Shown here: in pieces, positions 53,671 to 63,615 of the stretch
Layout of the letters: every line of letters starts with the position of its first letter
Numbering within the stretch: position 1 is the stretch's first letter
NCBI GenBank assembly: GCA_964016885.1
Contig: OZ024742.1
Location: 204,972,001 to 205,036,000 of the forward strand
Source: Eledone cirrhosa
Taxonomy: Eukaryota
Length of the DNA: 64,000 nt
Reading direction: 5' to 3'
Program-made: the position numbers and the translations under genes
The notes under the pieces: generated by a model
The model's database searches: none
What the model was told of the DNA's origin: nothing
What the model saw: the letters and a program-made list of their open reading frames with translations, nothing else

Positions 53671-53888
53671 TTAACCCTTACATTAACATTTACATTACTC
53701 TATATTTACTATTGTATTTTCATGGTAAAGGCTTTACTTCACATAGTCATCTCACATAATATCAAATCTATGAGATTTTGATATTATTTATTTTGAGAAC
53801 AATACATTAATATCAGTATGAGCAGCTGGTTACAGCTAATTTGAACAAAAAGAGGTGAGAGAATTCTGGCCGGATACAGCCAGTTTTT
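53671..53888. mobile_element. piggyBac-type (TTAA) MITE with one TIR degenerate
   Basis: Starts TTAA|CCCTT. The body is the reverse complement of 61812-61920 plus 62415-62493. Confidence 0.75.
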
Positions 53889-54237
53889 ATTGTTGATGCT
53901 ACTTAGGCTTGTGTGTTCAGTGTGGGGCTGTGTGGAGGAGGTGACCGGAAGTTGGGGACGCTTGACCGGAGGTGGAGGAGGAGTGACGTCAGATGCGTTT
54001 CCAAGGCGGCTGGGACGCTTGACCGGAGGAGGAGTGACGTTAGATGCGTTTCCGAGGCAGCATCTGTAGGCTGCGTCTCTCGCGGTGACTAGGAGATAGA
54101 CGGACGTACCAGATGAAGCTGCAGCTTGGCGAATGGATTATAACACGAAGATTGATGCACGGCTTTGAGTGAACCAGCAGACTCCAAAGCTACTTGACAA
54201 CAAATCTTGTTTTATTACTTACCGCAGGACTAAAAAG

Positions 54238-54987
54238 ATGGCGATGAGATTACAGTTGAGCGGTGAAGTACTTAAAGCTTTCACCGGTGAAGGAGACGTT
54301 ATCACTTGGATGCAAAAGGTCCGGGTGGTCGCCGAGCTACAAAAGATAGACGATGTGGCCGGTCTCATGGCGCTATATCTCAAGGGGGATGCGCCAGCAT
54401 TGTACCTCGAGATGGACGAAATCAACCAGAGGGTCGCAAAAAAAATTGAGTGGCATATGATGGAAGCGTTTGCGGAAGGTCCGTGTACGGCGTTTGCCAA
54501 GCTGGCAAGGATAAGGTGGGAAGGTCAGCGTGTGGTTATTTTTGCTGCGGAGATAAGGAGATTGACCATGCTGGCGGGGTTTCAAGTCGAGTGCAAGTGT
54601 GCGGTGAGGCTGGCATTTATAAACAGATTTCTGGATGACATCACGGTGAGACTGCAGCAAATACCTGGCTACAAGGAAATGGAGATGCGTACATTGGTAG
54701 AGCAAGCCCGCATCATAGCGGAAGATGCTAAGAAGAGTGTTGCGGCGATGGAGGCCCGGGGCAGCTGACAGCGAAATGCCGAAAGGGTGACAAATATGGT
54801 GAACAGTCGCCCGCGCACGTTTAGGGGTCATTGCTATAGGTGCCAGGCTGCGCACATGGTGAGAGATTGCAAGGAGTCAAAACCAGACATAATTTGCTAC
54901 CGGTGTAGGCGGCCGGGCCACATCGCTACTAATTGCGACCAGGGAAACGGTCCAAGGGGGGCTATTGCGGTGGTAGCTAGCCCTTGA
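54238..54987 (+). pseudogene. gag: Gypsy gag with an in-frame TGA at 54766-54768 and two C-terminal zinc knuckles
   Basis: ORFs 54169-54768 and 54787-54987 are in the same frame. Knuckles CYRCQAAHMVRDC and CYRCRRPGHIATNC. Confidence 0.82.
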
Positions 54988-54990
54988 GTA
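54942..54990 (+). promoter_or_regulatory. Putative -1 ribosomal frameshift signal (G GGA AAC plus downstream hairpin)
   Basis: The heptamer is in the correct gag phase (CAG GGA AAC) and the protease ORF is in the -1 frame. GGGCTA...TAGCCC can form a stem just downstream. Confidence 0.65.
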
Positions 54991-57400
54991 TAGAGGCACT
55001 GCCTGTGGTGAAAGTACTGGTGAAGGAAAAGCCGTTACGAGCCCTCATGGACACGTCATGTACAACAACACTGGTAACTACGGGGGTGGTGGAAAAGTGG
55101 AGAGGGAAGAGCATCATAAGAGCACTCGGCGGTAGGAAGATTGAAGGTAGAGGTCGCAGCGAGGTGGAGATGGTGGTAAAGGGAAAGAGAATTAGGCTTT
55201 CAGCCATTGTGGTCGACTGCGTAGTGGATGGAATTGACGTGGTTATGGGCATGGATGCGATTGGCCGATTAGTAGGCGTCATAGTGAACATTGTCGGAGT
55301 AAGGTTTGGTGGCGCTGCACCAGCATGCGCTGTGAGTAGGTGTCAGGAGGGCGAGAAGGCACACAAGGAAAAATATGCCGCTCACACCGCACAGGATAAG
55401 GACTTCAAGGCCGTGTTCGACGGGCAACGCTGGATTGTTGAGTGGTACTGGAAGGGAGAACCGCCAATACTGAAGAAGAAAGTGGGCTGCTATCAGCACA
55501 CACTGAAAGGAGATACTAGGAGAGAGTTTGAGTGAGAGGTAGAGAGATGGATTATTTTGGGCTGAACTCTGCACCGAAGATCATGGCGGCGGTCCTCAAG
55601 ACCGTTCTGGGAAAGGCCAACAAGATGAAGAAGGCCACCAATTCCTACATCGACGACATCTTAGTGGACGAGACTATAGTGTCGGCGGCGGAGGTCACAA
55701 ACCATTTGCGAGGATACGGATTGACTGCGAAGCCGTCAGAGGCGTTGGAGGGAGGAGCCACACTAGGACTTAGGCTGTGAAGTGACAAGACGGGCATGTT
55801 GGTATTTCGGAGGGGAAATGAAGTCCCGGACCTGGGCCCAAATATAAATAGATGGGAACTCTTCTCAGTGTGTGGAAAATTAGTGGGTCATTACCCAATC
55901 GCTGGGTGGCTCCGGACGGCATGCAGCTATGTCAAGAGACGAGCGGACGGGGTGACTTGGAGTGACAAGGTGGGAGAGAGGACGATGGCCATGAGGCAGG
56001 AGATCGTGGGGAGGGTGAAGGCCGATGACCCGGTGCGAGGGCGCTGGCATGTCCCCGAATCACAGAGTAGGATCGTATGGTGTGATGCCAACAGCATAGC
56101 GTTAGGTGTTACACTGGAAATAGGTGTCAAGGTCGGGGATGCAGCCTGGCTCAGGAAGAAGGATGATTGTAACCACATCAATGTGGCCGAGCTGGACGCT
56201 ATGTTGAAGTGGGGACTGCGCACCATCGAGATTCGCACCGACTCGGTGACTGTACTCGGATGGGTGAGGTCAGTGCTTACCAGTGAGAAGAGAGTGCGAA
56301 TGAGAGGGGCAGCAGAAATTCTGATAAAGCGCCGCCTGGTACCTCTAGGAGAGCTGGCCACCGAGTTCGGCCTGAAGTTGAGTGTGGTTTTCGTGCCCTC
56401 GGAGAAAAATAGAACAGACGTTTTAACCAGGGTGAAGAAAGCCAGGATGGAAGAGCCAGAGGATGCAGAAGAGGGGATAGCCGCTGTGTGTCGGCTGAGT
56501 GAATCGGACCTTAAAGGGTTGCATGCCATGCACCACATGGGAGTGGATAGGACCCTGTTCCTAGCCAGGAGAATCGATTCCGACCTTAGCAGAGACTGTG
56601 TCCAGAGAGTGGTCAGAGGCTGCGTCCGATGCCAGTCTATCGATCCAGCCCCGGATGTGCACGAGTCGGGAAGTCTCCTGGTGGATCGCGACTGGAAGCG
56701 ATTGGCGGTGGACGTAACACACTACCGACAGGGAACATACCTCTCGATGGTTGATTGTGGACCGAGATGGATGGCGATATGGAGGGAAATGAAGATGAGA
56801 ACTGCGGAGGAAATCACACGGACGTTGAGAGAGATGTTCTTGGAGCGGGCCCCTGTAGATGAATTGCTGATGGATAATAGCGCAGCGTTCCGCTCGGAGG
56901 CGCTGAGGGAAATGCTTGATGGGTGGAAGGTGGACCGCTTCTTCAGAGCAGCATACAGGCCGAGCGGAAATGGGATTGTGGAGCGACACCACCGCACAAT
57001 CAAAGCAATGGCAGAACGGGGGCACATCTCACCAATGGAGGTAGTGTTTTGGTACAACATGTCCCCTCGGGTGGGACAGGCTGAGGAATCGGTGCCACAC
57101 AGAGCGATATACAAATACGAGTGGCGGCACCCGTGCACTGTACCACAACGGCCAGTGGGGAGAGAGACCGGATTCGTACAGGTGGGCGAGGAAGTCTGGG
57201 TTAAGCCCCCTGACGCACGCTGCACATCTCAATGGGGAACGGTAACGGCCGTAAATTCCCAGAATAACGTGTCTGTGGACGGAGTGCCACGTCATGTCAT
57301 GTTGACGGACTCCGAGGAAGAGGAAATCGAAAGTGCCGCCCAACATTACAGAGATCGCGACGGGATCGCCGACTGCTTGGGTGGACGGCAGATTATCACA
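54984..57400 (+). pseudogene. pol: Gypsy pol: protease, internally deleted RT, RNase H, integrase; several stops and frameshifts
   Basis: ORFs 54984-55535, 55532-55780 and 55796-57622. EVERW is joined directly to FGLNSAP near 55553. Confidence 0.88.
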
Positions 57401-57722
57401 TGCAGCAGTGTGAGGGGGAGATTGATCCTTGAGATCAGGGGGCGTGTGGGGCTGTATGGAGGAGGTGACCGGAAGCTGGGGACGCTTGACTTGAGGCGGA
57501 TGAGGATTGATGCCACATGCGTTTCCGAGGCGGCGGGGATGCTTGACTGGAGGCGAAGGAGTAGTGACGTTAGATGCATTTCCAAGGCGGCGTCTGTAGG
57601 CTGCGTCTCTCGCAGTGACTAGGAGATAGACGGACGTACCAGATGAAGCTGCAGTTTGGCAAATGGATTATAACCCGAAGATTGATGCACGGCTTTGAGT
57701 GAACCAGCAGACTCGCAGTCAG

Positions 57723-58090
57723 TGGAATAGCTTTCTCACCACACTCAGTATCCACATATGAGGAACATTGTCAAAAACCTGGTAATCAATCCATGCCATT
57801 CTGCGCTTTTTTTTTCTTCTGTAGTTTTCTATTATCGCTTTGTTGATTAGCAATTGGTCTTGACAGCCATATGAGCCTTTTTAGCATCTTTTCTGATCTT
57901 TTGAAAACAGGTTGTTTATTTTCCAAGTGTTTGGTCAGTTTCTGCAATATTATTGCAGTTAAGGTCTGTTATAGGTCTGTAGTTTTGGGGGTTTGCTATG
58001 TCATTATTATTGGAGACAATCACTTTCTGGAGAATGAGTTCATCTACTGTCTCTCTATCAATTAGAAATCCATCACCTTGAGCCAATCAA
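57723..58090 (-). mobile_element. Decayed R4/Dong-like LINE, 5' (RT N-terminal) part, separated from 53155-53670 by later insertions
   Basis: Minus-strand PQNYRPITDL, KGSYGCQDQLLINKAIIEN, MAWIDYQVFDNVPHMWI. Abuts a (TTA/TTG)n tract. Confidence 0.82.
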
Positions 58091-58136
58091 CGAAATTATT
58101 AATGTTGTTGTTATTGTTATTGTTGTTGTTTTGCAG

Positions 58137-58273
58137 CCTCAATGTGGAAAAAAGTTTGGCGAGAAATCTCAATGTCAACCTACAAGCCTGGTCGAATTGA
58201 CTTTCCTGTCATAGCTGTTGACTGGCTCAACTTGTTCAGAAGTCAAAATGAAGCAATTTTACACAATATAAAG
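58137..58273 (+). CDS. DAP3: DAP3 exon (PSMWKKVWREISMSTYKPGRIDFPVIAVDWLNLFRSQNEAILHNIK)
   Basis: Acceptor TTTTGCAG and donor AAG|GTATGG. C+CC=Pro keeps the frame. Aligns with recalled DAP3 W.K..R....S.Y...R.D.P..A..WL..F...NE..L..IK. Confidence 0.9.
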
Positions 58274-58310
58274 GTATGGGAACTATATGTATGTATGTGT
58301 GTATATATAT

Positions 58311-61300
58311 ATCATCATCATCATCATCATCATCATCATTTTACGTCCGCTTTTCCCTGCTTGCAAGGGTGGGACGGGTCTTATTCAGCACAGCATCTCT
58401 CCACTCGTCACGGTCCCTCGTCATCTCCACCGTGAGCTTCAATGATCTGAGGTCTGTTCTCACCACCTCCGCCATGTTTTTCGTGGTCTACCTCTACCAC
58501 GTCTTCTTTCAACTGGCATTTCCTGACACTTCTTCACCCATTGGTCATCCTCCATGCGCATCACATGTCCATACCACCTCAGTCTCCTCTCCCGTACACT
58601 ACATTCTATCCCTCTCAGACACAGTTTCTCTCTCAACACATTTATGCTGGGTCGTTCACGCACATTTACACTGCACATCCAACGGAGCATGCTTGCCTCA
58701 TTTCTCTCCAGTCGTCGCATATCCTCTGCGGTTGCTGCCCATGTCTCACTACCATGCAGCATCGCGCTCCTCACACAGGCATCATACAACCGGCCTTTCG
58801 TACGCAGGGAGAAACCCTTCTTCGTCAACAGAGGAAGCAGCTCCCTAAACTTCTTCCAACGCGTCCTTATTCTAGATACTATGGCCTCGGAACACCCTCC
58901 TCCCATGCTAATCTGATCTCCTAGGTACCGGAAGCTATCCACCACTTCTATAGCGCCCTCTCGCATTTGAAAAATGTGTCTATCAGTGCGACTTCTACTG
59001 TCTAATTTCCCTGTACATCTACTGCATACATATTTCTCCCCACCTGTTAGTTTGCCTGCTATCCCGCTACATCTCTTGTGTACCCAGGACCTGCATTGTG
59101 TGCATTTTATAGAATTTATGCCAGTTCCTTTTCTGCATATCGAACATGGCCATTTCCCTGACGGAATCAGGGTTTTGTCCTCTTTTCTACTCATCAACAC
59201 TTTTGTCTTAGCTAAATTTACTCTCAGTCCTCTTGCGTCCAACTGCTGTTTCCATAGCCGGAATTTATTCTCTAGCTCCTCTACTGATTCTGCTATAAGA
59301 GCCAGATCGTCAGTATAGAGAAGTTCCCATGGACAGCCAGTCTTAAACTCCTCTGTTATGGCTTGGAGGACTATAATGAACAAGAGCAGGCTGAGGACCG
59401 AACCCTGATGTACTCCTACTTGTATCTGGAATTCCTCACTAAACTCCATTCCTACCCTGACTTTACTGAGAGTACCTCTGTACAAAGTTTGCACTGTCCT
59501 CACAAGCCATTCCTCAACACCTAGCTTCCTTAGAGACCACCAGATGACAGATCGGGGTACCCTATCAAAGGCCTTCTCTAGGTCAACAAAGGCTAAGTAT
59601 AGTGGCTTATTCTTCTCTACGAACCTCTCTTGCATTTGTCTCACCAAGAAGAGGGCATCTGTTGTACTCTTCCCAGGCACAAAACCAAACTGCATCTCAT
59701 CTAGTTTGACCCTTTCTCTAATTAGTTGTGCTAAAATCCTTTCTGCCACTTTCATAACCTGATCTATCAGTTTTATACCCCTATAATTGCTCCTCTCCAA
59801 AGCATCCCCTTTACCTTTGTAGCAATTTATGAGAATACTGCTGCACCAGTCTTTGGGTATGACACCACCATATATAGCCTGATTGATGATGTGTGCAACC
59901 AGTTTAGTGCCTACGTCCCCTGATGCCTTCAGCATCTCAGCAACTATTCCCGATGGTCCGGCCGCCTTACCATTTTTCATTTCCCTAATCGCCTCTTGGA
60001 CCCTATATTCGTCAATCTCAATAGCTGGTCCCTCTGTCGGATCTACCAAGGGTAATTTCTCTCTCTCCCATTCGTTCTCCACATTCATCAGTCTCTCATA
60101 ATGACATTTCCAGGCCTCCTTTTTCTGATCATTCGTGACACTAAGTACGCCGGCATCATCCCGGACACATTTATCTCCAACAACATCCTGATTTGCATTG
60201 ACACACTGCTTTGCAATGTGGAACACCGCACGCCTCTGATCTTCCCGTCGCAGAACATTGGCAAACCTCCTACTCTCTGCCTCCCTGCGTGCTAAGTACA
60301 CCTGACGTCTAGCTTCTCTCTTAGTGGCTGTATATTCTTCCCTACTCCCACCCTTTTTCCAAGCCTTCCATGCTAGTCTTTTGTCTCTAATAGCCTTATC
60401 TACTGTGCTGTTCCACCACCAGGTCACTCTCTGTCTGGTTGGAGCTCTGCTCCAGCCACAGGTTTCATCAGTAGCCTGCAGCAAGTTGTCACGTAAGAAC
60501 TTCCAGTTATTATCTATGTCATACGTCTCTAAATCGTCTTCTTTTTCGTCATATACATCTTGAAGGGCTTTCCTAAATTTGTATTTTAGTGAAAGGTCTT
60601 TTAGCTTCCAGACCTTTCTTCTCCACACCTTCCTATATGTCTCATTCCATCTCTTGCTTACTGAGATATCACTAACAACTAACCTATGCTGTGGGGTACA
60701 TTCTTCCCCAGGGTATGCCTTGGTATTAGACACTATCTGCCTGTCCCGTTGCCTAACTAGCAGGAAGTCAATCTGGCTTATGTGCTCACCAGATTTGTAG
60801 GTTATTAGGTGATTGGCAGGTTTCTGGAAGTTTGTGTTGCAAATAGTCAATGTACTCGCATCACAAAATTCAAGAAGTCTCACTCCTTCTTCATTTCTTG
60901 AACCGTAACCGTGCCCACCATGTACCCCAGTGTAACCATCCTGGAGCTGTCCAACATGACCATTGAAGTCTCCTGCTAGCATAACGATGTCTCCATCCTC
61001 TGTCATTGTGGTTGTTTGCAAAAGTTGCTCATAAAAGCAGTCTTTCTGATCTTTCCCTAGGCCTGCTTGGGGAGCATAGACCGAGATGATTGTCAGTAGT
61101 CTCCTACCTACAACTAATCTAAGCTTAATTATTCGATTACTAACTCGAACTACCTCTATTGTCTTATTGATCCATTTCTCAGCCAGGAAAATGCCTACTC
61201 CCCCTAACCCATCATCCTTACCTACCCAGAATAGCTTATAGCTAAGACGCTTGCCTATGACTAGTCTCGCAGAGGCACCTCTCCATCTCACCTCTTGCAC

Positions 61301-61574
61301 ACAGCACACATCCACCTGCTTTCTCTCCAGCAGATCTACCTCTGAGAGTGCCAACATTAAGTGTTGCAACTCTGAGATGCGACGTCTTCATATTTTCCTA
61401 TGCTGTTTTGTTGCTGTGCTGATAAGCTTTTTGGCATTGATACACTGGTTGGATGCCCTTCCTAACACCAGCGCCACTTTACAGCATGGACTGGGTGCTT
61501 TTATTTGTGCCACCAGCACTAGAGAGGATGTCTTACTAGACTCAAGGGCCCTCTCTACCCCTCCATTTTACAGC
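58311..61574 (-). mobile_element. Near-full-length RTE LINE (5' UTR, APE endonuclease, RT, PHD finger, (ATG)n tail), antisense to DAP3
   Basis: 969-aa ORF 58460-61369 with VCCVQEVRW, VYAP, GDFNGHVG, QIDF, QHRLV, RT motifs (YTDD) and FRYLG. (TA)n on both flanks. Confidence 0.96.
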
Positions 61575-61807
61575 ATATATATATAGATAATCATTTTCAT
61601 CATCATCATCATCATACATCTATTTTCTTTGTTTCCATAAGTTAGACAGTTTGTCACATATTGAAGCGAGACTGGTCAGATAACCACCTGTTGCATGTAT
61701 ACTCCAATTTTGGCTATTTGCATATTGAACCCGGTCGTTTCTCTGATGAAATCAGGGTCCTGCCATCTTTCCTACTTACTGAAACTTTAGTCATTGTTAA
61801 GTTGATT

Positions 61808-62497
61808 TTAACCCTCTAGCATTTAAACCGGCCGTATCTGGCCAGAATTCTCTCACCTCTTTCTGTTCAAACCAACTGTAACTAGCCGCTCATCAAAATA
61901 AATAGCAACAAAATCTCATACATACTTTGATGCTAAACTCCACCAGTTGCAGACCACATCAGCATGAGATATTTTTCTCCACAAAGTTTGATCACCAACA
62001 GTAGAGTTTAAAGAGCAAAGATCAAGTCTAGTCCATAAGTTGACATTATCAAGCCATCGTTTTGGCTGCCGGCCTCTGCTTCTCTTATCAGCCAACCTTC
62101 CTTCCAGGCATAACCTACTCACACCACGAGTTGATCTTTTTATATGACCGTATAGTTTGAGTACTCTTGATATGAAACCGATGTAATTGGTCTAAGTTTG
62201 GTAATGTTGAGCAGCTCACGTACAGATACGGTCATTGAGCTGCTTTGCCAGTCTCATAAGTCTCATGATGTGGTTCTGGAATGTAGAGAGCTTCTGAAGT
62301 GACCTTGTTGTCCAATTAACACAGTGAAGACCATATAACACAACTGGAAGGATATAAATATCAAAGATCTTAGCCTTCAAATGATAGGAAACTCATTTTG
62401 ATGTTAGTACTTCCTAGATTTGATATTATGTGAGGTAAAGCCTTTATCGTGAAAATACAATAGTATTTATAGAGTAATGTAAATGCTAAAGGGTTAA
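61808..62497. mobile_element. piggyBac-type MITE with intact TIRs and TTAA target duplication, split by a LINE fragment
   Basis: TTAA|CCCTCTAGCATTTA (61808) ... TAAATGCTAAAGGG|TTAA (62497). Confidence 0.85.
61921..62414 (-). mobile_element. Decayed LINE ORF C-terminal fragment inside the MITE
   Basis: Minus-strand LEGRLADKRSRGRQPKRWLDNV, a typical RTE-group C-terminus. Confidence 0.7.
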
Positions 62498-62569
62498 GGC
62501 CTTTTCATTCCAGATTTTACTTCCAAGGTAGAGAGGGGGGAAGATGCATAGATAAAGCAGCTCAACTAT

Positions 62570-63000
62570 TAGGAATAGTTGTTGAGATACTGAAAGTATC
62601 TGGGATGGTGTGTCACACTCTATCCACACATATATTAAATCATATAATACATGATATTGTCACGCCTAATGACTAATTGGTGTAGTAGCATCATTGTCAA
62701 CTGCTACAAGATTGTATGATGCCTGTATGCAAACTGCGATGTTGCAGAGACGTGAAACTTGGGCCGTGAATGCAGAAAGATTGGAAAGAAATGATGTGCA
62801 CATGCCCCAGTGGATGTATAATGTAAGTATGCATGAATGGTTAAGTGTTAACAAATTCAGAGAAAAACCTTGCATAAGCTGGATTAAAAGCAGTGTGCAA
62901 GAGAGAAGACTATGCTGGTGTTGACATGTGATGTACATTGAGGATGAGAGTTGCATAAAGAAGTGCGGGGCATTCAAAGTCAATGGGATGTGGAAGAGGG
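62570..63000 (+). mobile_element. Decayed, internally deleted RTE fragment
   Basis: GIVVEILKVSG and SSIIVNCYK joined to RLYDAC...ETWAV...LERN...QERRL.W. Confidence 0.8.
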
Positions 63001-63520
63001 AACTGGCCCTTATTTAGCCTATACTATAGGGAACTGGTCCTTGCTTAGCCTATACTATAGGGAACTGGTCCTTATTTAGCCTATACTATAGGGGACTAGT
63101 CCTTGCTTAGCCTATACTATAGGGAACTGGTCCTTATTTAGCCTATACTATAGGGGACTAGTCCTTCATTAGCCTATACTAATGGGAACTGGTCCTTATT
63201 TAGCCTATACTCTAGGGAACTAGTCCTTGCTTAGCCTATACTATAAGGAACTGGTCCTTATTTAGCCTATACTATAGCGAACTAGTCCTCCTTTAGCATA
63301 TACTATAGGGAACTGGTCCTTATTTAGCCTATACTCCTGGGAACTAGTCCTTGCTTAGCCTATACTATAGGCAACTGGTCCTTATTTAGCCTATACTCCA
63401 GGGAACTAGTCCTTGCTTAGCCTATACTATAGGCAACTGGTCCTTATTTAGCCTATACTATAGGGAACTAGTCCTTGCTTAGCCTATACTATAGGAAACT
63501 GGTCCATGCAAGCCTATATT
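62997..63520. repeat. 31-bp minisatellite (AGGGAACTGGTCCTTATTTAGCCTATACTAT)n, ~17 units, alternating A/B variants
   Basis: Spacing of 31 (63001, 63032, 63063). GGTCCTTATTT and AGTCCTTGCTT units alternate. Confidence 0.95.
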
Positions 63521-63537
63521 ATTACTATCAAGGGCTG

Positions 63538-63615
63538 GGAGATCCCATTCAGTGCTAGTTTAAGTAGGAAGATCCCATTCAGTGCTAGTTCAAGTGGGGA
63601 GATCCCATTCAGTAA
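63538..63615. repeat. 30-bp unit repeated about 2.5 times (GATCCCATTCAGTGCTAGTT...)
   Basis: GATCCCATTCAGT at 63541, 63571 and 63601. Confidence 0.85.

Larger units (their letters stand above)
53921..57717 (+). mobile_element. Ty3/Gypsy LTR retrotransposon, defective (gag-PR-partial RT-RNase H-IN)
   Basis: LTRs 53921-54226 (TG...CA) and 57445-57717. TSD TTCAG/GTCAG (4/5). Purine-rich GAGATCAGGGGGCG precedes the 3' LTR. Domains: two zinc knuckles, protease LMDTS, RT YIDD, RNase H CDA/INVAEL/TDS, integrase HHCC + D,D,E. Confidence 0.93.

Noticed and set aside
51018-60800. ORFs antisense to the RTE and Gypsy coding regions
   Set aside because: Shadow ORFs on the opposite strand of retroelement genes, with no independent motifs.
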